NCBI GenBank assembly: GCA_035302665.1
Contig: DATGSL010000239.1
Location: 1 to 29,059 of the forward strand
From: Opitutales bacterium
GTDB lineage: Bacteria; Verrucomicrobiota; Verrucomicrobiia; Opitutales; T3Sed10-336
Direction: 5' to 3'
DNA length: 29,059 bases
Shown here piece after piece: positions 17,431 to 27,627 of the stretch (within the stretch, counting starts at the first letter, position 1; every line of letters starts with the position of its first letter). The notes beneath the pieces are model-generated. The model had not been told where the DNA came from. It did not search any database and was given only the letters and a program-made list of their open reading frames with translations. Both the position numbers and the translations under genes were made by a program.

Positions 17431-18838
17431 TCAAGTAACCGCACTCGGATTTGAAGAGCTGAAAGCGACGTTTGAAGCAACGGAGCTTTTTGAGGATAAA
17501 ACCTGGCAACTTTCGCCTTACGCACTTGAGCTCGATCCGAAAGCCGTCGAGGAGATGAAGGCGATCGGGTTGGCTGGACTCGAATTTCACCGAGCGCTCG
17601 AGCAACTTTATCTCCGCTCGGTCTCCGGACGAAATCTTTTGCGCAATCGTAAACTTGAAGCTCCTTGGGTAGCCGAGCTTTACGATCGGGGCAAACCGCA
17701 GGAGCTGATCGAATTCAATCGCAGCGAAATTCTTCGCGGGAAAATGCCGCTCGTTCTTCGTCCCGATCTTCTTGTGACCGATGAAGGATTTGCGCTAACG
17801 GAATTCGATTCGGTTCCCGGCGGTATCGGCTTAACCGGTTTTCTCAACCGGATTTACGGCAAAGGTGACGATCAGGTCATCGGTAGCAATGACGAAATGC
17901 TCGATACGTTCGCGCGGACCGTGGCACCTGCCGACAGCACCGGCAGGCATCCACTTGTCGCGATCGTGGTCAGCGATGATGCGGCGACCTATCGTCCCGA
18001 GATGGAATGGCTGGCGGAGGAATTGCAAAAGAAGGGAAAGCGGATCCTTTGTCTCCATCCGGACGACCTGATTCCGCTTGGTGGAGGGATTTTTTACGAC
18101 TCCGATGGAACGCCGGAGAAAATCGATGTTATCTACCGCTTTTTCGAGCTTTACGAACTTGAAGGTCTCGCGACGGCCAACGATCTGATGGAGGCGGTAA
18201 AGAATGAGGAAATCGAGATAACTCCGCCCTTCCGATCGATCTTCGAAGAGAAACTTTCGATGGCTCTCTTTCACCATCACTTGCTCGAGGATTATTGGCG
18301 CGAATCTCTTTCGCGACGGGCCTTTCGGGTTCTGCAAAAATTGATTCCCCGCTCGTGGATCCTCGATCCGCAGCCGCTGCCGCCGGGAGCGGTTCATGTT
18401 GGCCCGAAGGTCGGTGGAAAACTGATGCATGATTGGCGGGAACTCTTCGACGCATCGCAGCGGGAACGGGATCTGATCATTAAAATCAGCGGTTTTGATT
18501 CGACCGCGGAAGGTGCGCGCAGCGTTCTTTACGGGAGAGATTCTTCGCGGGAAGAGTGGCAGGCCGGTATTGAGGCTGCGATTGAGCACTCAAAGACAAA
18601 TCCGTATGTCGTTCAGGAATACCGGAAACCGGTGCGGAGCAAACACATCGTTTACGATGAAAAGGGTGAAGCGAAAGAACGCTTTGGGCGCCTGCGGCTC
18701 TGTCCTTATTATTTCTTCGAAGGAGATCAGGCGGAATTGACCGGTGTTCTCGCGACTTTCTGTCCGGCCGACAAAAAAATCATTCACGGAATGACCGACG
18801 CGGCGATGCTCCCGTGCCGAATTGGTTCCGGAGAATAG
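17423..18838 (+). CDS. Uncharacterised ATP-grasp-like (glutathionylspermidine synthase/circularly permuted type) amide-bond ligase
   Basis: LRPDLLV...[12 protein letters not shown] resembles the R-x-D...E-x-[ND] metal-binding core. Also [22 protein letters not shown] and [10 protein letters not shown]. Start overlaps the prfB stop by 8 nt. Confidence 0.6.
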   Translation: MSDQVTALGFEELKATFEATELFEDKTWQLSPYALELDPKAVEEMKAIGLAGLEFHRALEQLYLRSVSGRNLLRNRKLEAPWVAELYDRGKPQELIEFNRSEILRGKMPLVLRPDLLVTDEGFALTEFDSVPGGIGLTGFLNRIYGKGDDQVIGSNDEMLDTFARTVAPADSTGRHPLVAIVVSDDAATYRPEMEWLAEELQKKGKRILCLHPDDLIPLGGGIFYDSDGTPEKIDVIYRFFELYELEGLATANDLMEAVKNEEIEITPPFRSIFEEKLSMALFHHHLLEDYWRESLSRRAFRVLQKLIPRSWILDPQPLPPGAVHVGPKVGGKLMHDWRELFDASQRERDLIIKISGFDSTAEGARSVLYGRDSSREEWQAGIEAAIEHSKTNPYVVQEYRKPVRSKHIVYDEKGEAKERFGRLRLCPYYFFEGDQAELTGVLATFCPADKKIIHGMTDAAMLPCRIGSGE

Positions 18839-18882
18839 TTTTTTAGGGCGGTCGCGGTCGGCAATCGGCACGTTTCGACTCT

Positions 18883-21800
18883 CTAGCTTTTTAGACGGAT
18901 CGTCTCTTCAGTCGCAATCACCTTTTCGTTTTCAATCAAGCGGTCGAGTGCGACATTGAGAAATCCGGAAATCGCATCGGTCAAGCGTCCGATTCCAAAC
19001 TGTCGGCCGGTTTCGCGCAACAAATCTCCTCGCGGATAACTCAGATAGCGTTCGAGGATTTCGAGCATCGCGTTGACCAACTCCTCGGTGGGAAGTTCTT
19101 CTGCTTTTCGCTGACTCTCCGCCTGTTTCGTGGGAACGCGGTAAAATTCGAAATCTTCCGGAGCGATCTTTGGCGGCCAATAGACAGGCTCTCCGTTTTG
19201 TTTTGTTTTTGCCAACGTTCTCGGCAGACACCTTTCTAAGACAGCACGGATCCGCGAGCCCGCTCGGGCAAATCCCCATTCCTGCATGATCCGGCGAACG
19301 AGGACCGATTCGGTCAGCGGTCCTTCCTGTTCGATAATTCGATCGATTTGTTGCTGAATAATTCCAAGAGAGGAAGGTTCGTAAAAGGTCTCGGCTGCCG
19401 GTTGTTGGACAAGAACAATTTCCGGATACGATCGTTTCCGTCCTTTTTCTTCCGTTACCGGAATAGGCGCCACTTCCGCAAAGCGAAACGAATGCTTCTG
19501 GTCGTCGGCTTTTTCCTCTTCTACAGATAGGGAACGATCGGGATTCGTGGGATATTTTTGCTCCGGCTGATTTTCCGTCTCCGGTTTCTGTTTTCTCAAG
19601 GAAAAATTTCGGGCTGCTTTTGTAACGACTTCGAGCAGACGTTCCTCGGCGTTGGCACGGTTGCGCCACCAATCGGTCGACCAGATTCTGTGCATTTGCC
19701 AACCGAGCCCTTCCAGGACCGACCGCCGCAAGCGATCGCGGTCCCGCGCCGTGGCAGCATCGCTATAAATCGGACCGTCGCACTCGATTCCAAGAACGTA
19801 TTGGTCGGGTTCATCCTCGGCCACGACGGCCAGATCGATTTTATATCCGGAACTGCCGATGTCGGAGTGAACCTCGAATCCCTTGCTTCGCAGAAACTCC
19901 GCCACTTCGTTCTCGAAAAGCTTTGTCCGTTCTTCCGATTTGAGTTCGTTTTCGCTAATGCCGAGCGTCCGCGGTCCGCGCTCTGCATATTCGAGATAAT
20001 TTTTCAGATGTTCGACTCCGCGGGCGCGCGTCCGTGAAAGATCGATCTGGTCGCTGCGCAGCGTTGAAAAAACAACGATCTCCTGTTTAGCGCGTGTCAC
20101 GGCGACATTTAAGCGGCGTTCGCCACCGGCGCGGTTTAAGGGACCGAAGTTCATCGAGATCCGGCCTTGTTGGTCGGGCCCGTAACAGATCGAAAAGAGG
20201 ATCACGTCGCGTTCATCCCCTTGAACATTTTCGAGATTTTTGACAAAAACTGGCTCTTCTGCGTCCTCGTTGAAATGATCGTCCAGATCGGGATTTTTTT
20301 GTCGGGCCTCATCGAGTTTGTCGAGAATCAAGGTTTGCTGGGCTTGGCTGAAAGTGACGATTCCGATCGATTGGTGCGAACGTTTTGGATCGGTTAAACG
20401 GGCGATGACTTCGTCGCGGATTGCTTCAGCTTCGGCAAGATTTGTGCGACTTCTTCCTTTGTCGTAAAATCCGCCTTCGACCAGAACTAGTTGAACGCCA
20501 ACATTTCCTGTGTGGGGAGAAGGAAATGTATGGAGACGGTTTTCGTAATAATGGCGGTTGCTAAAAGTGATCAATCCCTCGCGCCGACTTCGATAGTGCC
20601 AGCGTAGATCGCAGACGCCCATCCGGATTCCGAGACATTCGTCCAAAATACTTTCGAGGTCGACCATCCGATCCTCGTCGAATTCCTCATCGTCGGAATC
20701 GCCGCGGCTAAAAAAGTTAGTCGGCGGCAGCTGTTTGGGATCGCCGACGATCACGACTTGATTTCCCCGGGCGATCGCTCCGACCGCATCCCAGACCGGA
20801 ATCTGCGAGGCTTCGTCAAAGATAACGAGATCGAAATTCTCTTGATCTGCATCGAGATATTGAGCGACAGAAAGGGGACTCATCAGGAAGCACGGCTTCA
20901 ATTTGGGCAAAATGCTCGGAATTTCGCTGAAGAGAAGGCGCACTGGTTTGTGGCGTGCCCGCTTCACTCGTTCGCGTTGCAGGATTCCGAGTTCCGTGTT
21001 GTGGGGACAATCGTCTTTTCGTGCGCGCGGCAACTCGCTGGCGAGGCGAGCGGTGATCGCCTGTGAAGTGAGTTTCGTGAAGTGCTCGTCGAGTTCGTTG
21101 AAAACTTCGATCCGCTTTTCCTGTTCCTCGCCCCAGAATTCGCGCAATGTTTCAGAAATGGTAATCAACCGGCGGATGAAGTTTTCGCGATAACTTTGCT
21201 CAAATGCGTCCTCCAATCGGTCGAGCGAAAGATCGCCTTTTTCCAGTGCGCGGAGCAACGGGCCGAGCTCGGCTTTTTCTGCCTCTTGATACGATTGTTG
21301 CCAGCGGCACCAGTTCTGCAGGTCCTGCCGGTGCTTTTTGACGCGATGGGCGAGATCACAAAATTGATCCAAAAAATCTTCGGTTTTCCCGGCTTCCGCA
21401 TTCCGAACCGCTAAGGTATTCCGAAAATAAATTTCCGCGGCCTCCAGTTCCTCCCAGCTCTTTTTTAACTGCAGAAGACTTTCCCCGAGCGGTTGTTCGG
21501 AAGCCAGGAGATCGGGAGCGACCTCTAATAATTGAGCGACGGACGCGCGGATTTCGAGCAACCGATCGACCTTTCGGCCGGCAAATGGACCGATCAGAGA
21601 ATGAAGTTCGTCCCCAAAAGTTAAAAGAGCTTCGAGCTGGTCCCAGTCCGCGTTTTCAACTGACCACCAGGAGGCGAAAACTTCTTCGGCTGCCGAAGCA
21701 TTTTCCTCAACGGTTCGGGATGAGTTTTGCCAAGCCTTTGCGTTGGTGAAAAAATCGGCCGCGTCTTTTGAGGACCATTTCCCGGCACCTTTTTGACGTA

Positions 21801-24800
21801 AGGAACGAATCGGTTTTAACAACCACCACCGCTTGATTTTGGCGACGACTCCGGTTTCTTCCGCAAGAGCGAGAAACTTTTCTTCGATTGGAATCAGGTT
21901 GAAAGTTTTCAGTTTTTGAAAATCGAATCCCTCAAGAAGTTTTTGACGGGAATCCCGATCGCGACCGGCCTCAATTGTTCCGTTCATCTGGTTGCGGAAG
22001 GATCGCCAGTCGCCGGCCTGAACAAAAGCCGCCGGGAGTTTTGGCGAATCGACGAGAAGGGCGGCTAATTTCACAAAATTGTCGATCTTTTGACGCTGGC
22101 GATCGTCGAGCGGAAGATTTAGTGCTTCTGATGTTTCCACTAGACGCGGCGCAAAATCGTCGATTGCCGATTCAATCTTTCGGGCGGCCGCAAGAGCCTG
22201 ATCCTCCCAATCGGGCGTCCATTCGCTGGCGGCAAAAGGTCGCAAAGCAGCTTTGGCCTCCGTCGAAAGACGGCGTTCCTGTCCGCGGATCCGCAAATCT
22301 TCGCAGATTTTTCGCAACATCGCCAGGTGCTCGCGCGTGTGGGTTTCGATTCTTTTGATTCGGAGCGGATCTGCATCGTATGGTCGGGATCGATTGGACT
22401 CGTTTTCCGCGATCAACCACGAATAACAGCGATAGGCGGTCAAACCATTCGGATATTCCTTGTGGAGCTCTTCGACGTATCTGTTCAGTTCGCTCCGGGC
22501 GGCTTCAAGCTTTTTGGCTGTCGATTTCCATTCGGCGGGAGTTTGATTTTCAACGAAATCGAGAGCTTCTCCAAACTGGCGGATCACGTCGGCCTTTCCT
22601 GCTTTGTTTGAATGAAGTTCGAGACAAAAAGGAGCCAGGCCGATCTGACTCAGCCGCCGGTGAACGACCTCCAGCGCCGCCCGTTTTTCTGCGATAAAGA
22701 GCACCCGTTTTCCGAGGGCGAGGGAATGTGCAATCAGATTGGTGATCGTTTGTGATTTTCCGGTTCCCGGCGGGCCTTGGAGAACCATGTTTCTTCCCGA
22801 GGAAGCAGCGACAATCGCGGCAAGTTGCGAAGAATCGGCACTGACCGGACAGGAGATTTCGTGATACGGGACTTTTTTATCGAGATCGATTTCCCGAATT
22901 TCGGGACCTTCGTCCGGAAAAGCCTGACCGGGCCGGTTGACGAGCTGGTCAACGACGCGGTTCTTCGTCAGCATTTCCATTCGGTCATTGAGATCTTTCC
23001 AAAGTAGAAATTTGTTGAAGGAAAATTGTCCGAGCCAGATTGTTCGCTGAACTTCCCATCCGGGCAAATCGCGGATCGCTTCCTGGAAACGCTGAAAAAC
23101 ACGCGGAACATCGACGCCGAGATCGTCTTCGGGCGGCGGATTCACTCCGGGGACTTCCAGATTAAAATCGCGGCGGAGAAGTTCCAGCAACGTCACGTTG
23201 ACCATCGTATCCTCATCGTAACGCTGGAGCTTGAAGCCGTGACGGGTAGATTGGCGGGTCAACATCACCGGGATCAGCAAAATCGGCGCGCGGAGGATCC
23301 GGTTGCGATCTTTTTCATCCCTCCACTCCAACATTCCGAGAGCGAGAAAAAGGGTGTTGGAGCCGCTTTCTTCCATGACCAGCCGCGCTTGTCGATAAAG
23401 CGTGACGAGTCGGCGTCCATGTTCGGTCTCGGTCAGTGAACTGTGAAGGCGCTTCTCTTCAAGTCCTTTGCGAAGCTCGATTTCGATCGGATCCTGAAAA
23501 TTATTTTCGGCTCGCTGGGTCAAGGTTCGCGGATCGAGCCCGGCCATCATCGGTGTTTGCGGGAGGATTTTAAACGCGGTTTCTGCGGCCAATTCATCCT
23601 CCAGTTTTTCCGGCTCCGGACAAACGAGCGGAATCGTCTGCTTGGTTTCGCGGAAATTGAGAAGACGGTTTCGCAAGGTCAGATCGAGCAGTTGCTGTTT
23701 CCAATAATCGATCCGATTCGCTGGACGCGACGGTTCGCCCGGAGTCTCGGTTTTTTCCAAAAATTCAGGAACGATCCACGAATCAGGGGCAGGGGGGCGG
23801 ATCGGTTCGCGCGGATTCGCTGCAGAAGCCAAATCGATACCTTCGCTTTCCCGTTTCAGCGGCAACGGACGAATGCCGGAAGCGCGTGCCTTCCAAAGAT
23901 CGATTGCATAAAGAAAAATCTCATCGCGCAGCAGGTGCGGACGGGCCGCAGCGACCGCCGGTTCGAATGCCATTGCCCGGTCCTTACAAACCTGGGTGGT
24001 TTCAAATAACAGGATTTCATCGAGTTCCGCCCGTTTGCGGATGCTCTGCAAATCGTCATTTGCGGAATTTGAAAAACTCTCCTCGATCAGCCAGCAACCG
24101 GAGTAAGCATGTCCTTGATGCAATAAAATCAGCGGGCGAAGTCCGATCTGTTCCAAAACCGAAGCGAACAGAAGCGAAAGATCGAGACAGGTCGCGAGTT
24201 TCGATCGGAGGATCTGTTCAGGAAATCGGATTCGTTGTCCGGAATTTTCGAAACTTGCGGGCGGATTGCTGTAATGAATTCCCTGTTCCCGGATCGCTTC
24301 GAAAACGCAGGCGACAGTTTCATAAATCCGCTTTTTGCTCTTTGCCTGATATCCGTTTAAAGCGCTGTCGCCGGTTCGTTTACCGAGAAGTTCGGCGGTT
24401 CGCGAAAGAAGTTGCTCGACCACCGAAAGATTGGGAGTCACGAAGGCCGCCAGAATTTCCGGGAGCGAAACCAAACCGGTCCATTCATCAAAAGCAAAAA
24501 CCTCGACCGGGAAGACTTTGCGGTGAATGAGAAGCTCTTTCGATTCCGGCTTTTCCCGGGTGGAGATTTCAATGTGAAGCTCTCCCTGAACTCTTTCCGA
24601 AAGGGCGGCTAGATAGGAAAGATCGAGCTGCAAGGGGAGGTCGGTCAGTGTGTAATCGGTCCGTGCGGGAATGATTGAAATTTGCTCCTCGATCGGTTTC
24701 GCCCAGCCGGGATTGGCTTCGATCCGGCAAAGAACTTCGTGAAGGTCGGCATCGGAACGATTTCGGATTTCCAATCGCCGGATGACCGGAATCCCGTTTT

Positions 24801-24882
24801 GTTGGAAGGCAAAGTTGACCCGGGAGGCATAATCGAGGTGAACTTCGACCGACGAAAGAACCGCAGCAGTATCTTTAGCCAT
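18883..24882 (-). CDS. DUF4011-SF1 (Upf1/DNA2-like) helicase-Vsr-like endonuclease-DUF3320 protein (Hhe-type anti-phage) with N-terminal transglutaminase-like domain
   Basis: DUF4011 start WKQQLLDLTLRNRLLNF. Helicase motifs QGPPGTGKS, IFDEASQ, VGDPKQLPP, HYRSR, VQGDERD, RRLNVAVTRAK. REase FENEV...IDLAV...GIECDG...LGWQMHRIWSTDW and a C-terminal winged-helix region. Start at ATG 24882. Confidence 0.92.
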   Translation of the reverse strand: MAKDTAAVLSSVEVHLDYASRVNFAFQQNGIPVIRRLEIRNRSDADLHEVLCRIEANPGWAKPIEEQISIIPARTDYTLTDLPLQLDLSYLAALSERVQGELHIEISTREKPESKELLIHRKVFPVEVFAFDEWTGLVSLPEILAAFVTPNLSVVEQLLSRTAELLGKRTGDSALNGYQAKSKKRIYETVACVFEAIREQGIHYSNPPASFENSGQRIRFPEQILRSKLATCLDLSLLFASVLEQIGLRPLILLHQGHAYSGCWLIEESFSNSANDDLQSIRKRAELDEILLFETTQVCKDRAMAFEPAVAAARPHLLRDEIFLYAIDLWKARASGIRPLPLKRESEGIDLASAANPREPIRPPAPDSWIVPEFLEKTETPGEPSRPANRIDYWKQQLLDLTLRNRLLNFRETKQTIPLVCPEPEKLEDELAAETAFKILPQTPMMAGLDPRTLTQRAENNFQDPIEIELRKGLEEKRLHSSLTETEHGRRLVTLYRQARLVMEESGSNTLFLALGMLEWRDEKDRNRILRAPILLIPVMLTRQSTRHGFKLQRYDEDTMVNVTLLELLRRDFNLEVPGVNPPPEDDLGVDVPRVFQRFQEAIRDLPGWEVQRTIWLGQFSFNKFLLWKDLNDRMEMLTKNRVVDQLVNRPGQAFPDEGPEIREIDLDKKVPYHEISCPVSADSSQLAAIVAASSGRNMVLQGPPGTGKSQTITNLIAHSLALGKRVLFIAEKRAALEVVHRRLSQIGLAPFCLELHSNKAGKADVIRQFGEALDFVENQTPAEWKSTAKKLEAARSELNRYVEELHKEYPNGLTAYRCYSWLIAENESNRSRPYDADPLRIKRIETHTREHLAMLRKICEDLRIRGQERRLSTEAKAALRPFAASEWTPDWEDQALAAARKIESAIDDFAPRLVETSEALNLPLDDRQRQKIDNFVKLAALLVDSPKLPAAFVQAGDWRSFRNQMNGTIEAGRDRDSRQKLLEGFDFQKLKTFNLIPIEEKFLALAEETGVVAKIKRWWLLKPIRSLRQKGAGKWSSKDAADFFTNAKAWQNSSRTVEENASAAEEVFASWWSVENADWDQLEALLTFGDELHSLIGPFAGRKVDRLLEIRASVAQLLEVAPDLLASEQPLGESLLQLKKSWEELEAAEIYFRNTLAVRNAEAGKTEDFLDQFCDLAHRVKKHRQDLQNWCRWQQSYQEAEKAELGPLLRALEKGDLSLDRLEDAFEQSYRENFIRRLITISETLREFWGEEQEKRIEVFNELDEHFTKLTSQAITARLASELPRARKDDCPHNTELGILQRERVKRARHKPVRLLFSEIPSILPKLKPCFLMSPLSVAQYLDADQENFDLVIFDEASQIPVWDAVGAIARGNQVVIVGDPKQLPPTNFFSRGDSDDEEFDEDRMVDLESILDECLGIRMGVCDLRWHYRSRREGLITFSNRHYYENRLHTFPSPHTGNVGVQLVLVEGGFYDKGRSRTNLAEAEAIRDEVIARLTDPKRSHQSIGIVTFSQAQQTLILDKLDEARQKNPDLDDHFNEDAEEPVFVKNLENVQGDERDVILFSICYGPDQQGRISMNFGPLNRAGGERRLNVAVTRAKQEIVVFSTLRSDQIDLSRTRARGVEHLKNYLEYAERGPRTLGISENELKSEERTKLFENEVAEFLRSKGFEVHSDIGSSGYKIDLAVVAEDEPDQYVLGIECDGPIYSDAATARDRDRLRRSVLEGLGWQMHRIWSTDWWRNRANAEERLLEVVTKAARNFSLRKQKPETENQPEQKYPTNPDRSLSVEEEKADDQKHSFRFAEVAPIPVTEEKGRKRSYPEIVLVQQPAAETFYEPSSLGIIQQQIDRIIEQEGPLTESVLVRRIMQEWGFARAGSRIRAVLERCLPRTLAKTKQNGEPVYWPPKIAPEDFEFYRVPTKQAESQRKAEELPTEELVNAMLEILERYLSYPRGDLLRETGRQFGIGRLTDAISGFLNVALDRLIENEKVIATEETIRLKS

Positions 24883-24945
24883 GGATGTAAGTAAAACGTC
24901 CGTGGCGCCGCAGTGCAAGGGTCTACGAAAAGCGGATCAGATGGA

Positions 24946-25581
24946 TTATTTATCGACGGTTTTTGAGTTTAAACTTTCGAGAACTTGGCCGATCCATTCG
25001 ATTTCCTCGGGAAAAATGGCGTGAGTGTTGCCAGGGAATCGTTGGCGGGTGACGGTTGCCTTTGCCTTCGAAAAAATTTCTTCGCTCTTTTCCACATATT
25101 CGGCCGGAATGTGCGCATCCTCTTCGGCACAGGCCAAAAGGACCGGTGCCTGAGCGAGATCGAAGGCGGGACGCGAAGTATCGAGCGGACCGATCAATGC
25201 ACCGCTGAGCGCGGCAACAAATCCATATCGCCGAGGATTTCGAGCTGCATACTCCAAGGCGAGACAGGCGCCCTGGGAAAAACCGGTCAAGCCGATCCGG
25301 TCAGCTGGAAAGCCAGCCGTTTGCAATTCATCAAAAAGTTGATCGACGATCTGCAAAGCTTCACTCAGATGAGGTTCGTTTTTTTTGGTCGGAACCAGAA
25401 ATCGTTGCGGATACCAAGCGCGATGCGGAGCCGACGGAGCAAGCCAAGTGGTCCTTTTTTCCGGAATCGCTTCGGCTAATCCGATGACATCCTCGCCCGA
25501 CGATCCGCGGCCGTGTATGAAAATGACAGCCGATCGGGCCTGATCAAGGGATGCTCCTGTCCGAACAACCGACCGATTCAT
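24946..25581 (-). CDS. Phospholipase/carboxylesterase (alpha/beta hydrolase, MhqD/YpfH-like)
   Basis: IHGRG, GFSQG nucleophile, EDAHIP and HAIFPEE. 4-nt overlap with the dioxygenase gene. Confidence 0.9.
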   Translation of the reverse strand: MNRSVVRTGASLDQARSAVIFIHGRGSSGEDVIGLAEAIPEKRTTWLAPSAPHRAWYPQRFLVPTKKNEPHLSEALQIVDQLFDELQTAGFPADRIGLTGFSQGACLALEYAARNPRRYGFVAALSGALIGPLDTSRPAFDLAQAPVLLACAEEDAHIPAEYVEKSEEIFSKAKATVTRQRFPGNTHAIFPEEIEWIGQVLESLNSKTVDK

Positions 25582-26573
25582 TCGGAGCCTCCTTTCGCCG
25601 GTTGAGCGGAAACGGGTCGCGCTTTTTTAGCTTCCTCGACCGGAGGGAGCGCGGCCTCAATTGCACTTCGTTGCTGAGCGAATTGTTCAGGGAGTTGAAG
25701 CGCGGTTCCGAGTTCTTCGAGCGGTTCGTCGATTGTAAATCCGGGCGTGGCGGTGGCGATTTCAAAGAGAACTCCTCCGGGCGACGGATAGTAAATCGAT
25801 TGGAAATAGTCGCGATTTCGCACGCCGGAAACTCGGAAACCGGATTCGCGCAACAATTTCTGCATCCGCAGCTCCGAAGCATCATCGGGAACATTCCAGG
25901 CGACATGATGAATGGTCCCCGAGCCGCCCCGTCCGGTGGCGATCGTCGGCTCGACAACGAGATCGACCAAATTCCCGGAACCTCCATTGCCAGCTTCCAA
26001 TCGGATCCGGCCCTCTTCGCTGCGAATTTCCCGAAATCCCATTATCTCTGTCAACAGCTGTTGGGTCGGCTCGGAATCAGCCAGCGACAATTCCGCTAAG
26101 TGCAATCCGCGAATCGCGTGTTGCGGCGGAACATCGCTTCCGGTCCAGCCGGTGCGTTTGTCTTCGGCGACAGCAACGATTTCGATCGGAATATGATCGG
26201 GGTCGGAAAACTGAAGGGTTTCTTCGCCAAATCTCCGCACGCGTTCGAATGGAACGGAGTTGGCGCGAAGGCGTTCCTCCCAATATCCGAGGGAGTCCGG
26301 CGAAGCGGAAAAAACGAGCGCCGTTGATTGGCCCGAGCCGATCCGTCCGCGCGCGGCGTGTCCAGGCCAGTAAAAGAAGGTGACAATCGTTCCGGCGCTT
26401 CCGGATTCATCTCCGTAATAGAAGTGATAGGCCGATGGATCGTCGAAATTGACGGTTTTTTTTACGAGCCGAAGGCCGAGCAAGCCGACATAGAAATCGA
26501 CGTTGGCCTGTGGATCACTTGCGATTGCGGTGACGTGATGGATTCCTGTGATAAGTTTTTCTGATGTGCGCAT
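25578..26573 (-). CDS. Ring-cleaving dioxygenase, two-domain VOC family (MhqO/MhqA, LinE/PcpA-like)
   Basis: GIHHVTA, GLRLVKKTVNFDDP..YHFYYGD, GTIHHVAW and RDYFQSIYY.SPGGVLFEIAT (2-His-1-Glu Fe ligands). Confidence 0.93.
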   Translation of the reverse strand: MRTSEKLITGIHHVTAIASDPQANVDFYVGLLGLRLVKKTVNFDDPSAYHFYYGDESGSAGTIVTFFYWPGHAARGRIGSGQSTALVFSASPDSLGYWEERLRANSVPFERVRRFGEETLQFSDPDHIPIEIVAVAEDKRTGWTGSDVPPQHAIRGLHLAELSLADSEPTQQLLTEIMGFREIRSEEGRIRLEAGNGGSGNLVDLVVEPTIATGRGGSGTIHHVAWNVPDDASELRMQKLLRESGFRVSGVRNRDYFQSIYYPSPGGVLFEIATATPGFTIDEPLEELGTALQLPEQFAQQRSAIEAALPPVEEAKKARPVSAQPAKGGSE

Positions 26574-26585
26574 ATTTTTATTGTT

Positions 26586-26933
26586 TTAAAAGGGGATGAA
26601 AACGGATCGGCGCGGTCCGCTGCTCAATTGACGGGTTCGGTGTCCGCGGCCATCGACATCTTCGAGTCTCAGAATGTCGCCTCCGCGAAAGCGCCGTTTT
26701 TCTCCGGTGCCGACTTCGATTTCAATTTCGCCGTCGAGCAGCAGGATCCATTGCCGCTGGGGCGCCGGATGCCAATCGTAGTCGTAGGTGTCGCCGGTTT
26801 CGCGAAAGATGATTCCGTTGGCTGAAAGGAGGGAGGACAAGCGGCCGATCTCGCCTGCTTCCGCGAGTGGAACGTCTCCTTCTTCGAAGAAGGAGACGCC
26901 CGCTGCATTGGTAGCTATTCTCGTATATTTCAC
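26586..26933 (-). CDS. Small cupin-fold protein
   Basis: DWHPAPQRQWILLLDGEIEIEV..GEKRRFRGGDILRLEDVDGRGH. Start placed at GTG 26933 (VKYTRI), 16 nt after the yceI stop. Confidence 0.8.
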   Translation of the reverse strand: MKYTRIATNAAGVSFFEEGDVPLAEAGEIGRLSSLLSANGIIFRETGDTYDYDWHPAPQRQWILLLDGEIEIEVGTGEKRRFRGGDILRLEDVDGRGHRTRQLSSGPRRSVFIPF

Positions 26934-26949
26934 GATTTGACTGTTGGAA

Positions 26950-27576
26950 TCAGCTCCGCGGTGAAGCTCCGGCAATCGCGAGTGAGATTTCAATATCTTC
27001 GGCAACCTTGTCGGTCATTTGACCGGCTTGAATTCCGAACTCATTCCGGTTGACCTCAAAACGGGACCGAATCACGAGCAGATCGCCCTCTGCGGAAGGA
27101 TCGCCTACGCGAGCTGCCAAACGATCGGGCAAATAGGTGAACCGAACTGGAACCTGAATCTCTTTCGTTACACCGTGAAGGGTGAGTTTTCCTGAAACAT
27201 CGGCCAGGATGTTGTCCCCATCAACCTGAGCGTCGAGAATCTCGACGAGCTCAAACGTGATCGACGGGTGTTTTTTCACGTCGAGCCAGTCCTCGCTGTG
27301 CAAATGTTCTTTCATCAACGGATTGCCGACGCTCAGTGAAGCGGCATCGAGCACGATCCGGCCTTCGGTTGCTTTCGGCGCCGAGCGGTCGAATTTTACT
27401 TTGCCCGAGACTCCGTTCCCGGTGCCGGAAATCGACTCAAGGGGCGCGTCCAATTGAAACCGCACATTATTGACACCCTTTGGGTCTTCGAAATCGAAGA
27501 CTTGCGGAGCGGCGGAAAGCGTGGAGGCCCCGAAAATGGCGGCTGATGCAATGATTGAATGGATGATATTTTTCAT
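26950..27576 (-). CDS. Secreted YceI family (polyisoprenoid/quinone-binding lipocalin-like) protein
   Basis: Signal peptide, HLHSEDWLDVKKHPSITF, GKLTLHGVTKEI and FEVNRNEFGI. Confidence 0.92.
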   Translation of the reverse strand: MKNIIHSIIASAAIFGASTLSAAPQVFDFEDPKGVNNVRFQLDAPLESISGTGNGVSGKVKFDRSAPKATEGRIVLDAASLSVGNPLMKEHLHSEDWLDVKKHPSITFELVEILDAQVDGDNILADVSGKLTLHGVTKEIQVPVRFTYLPDRLAARVGDPSAEGDLLVIRSRFEVNRNEFGIQAGQMTDKVAEDIEISLAIAGASPRS

Positions 27577-27627
27577 AAGTACGTGTTTTTTTGATTGTGA
27601 TTTTCGATGAAACGAAAGGCTCTTAAG

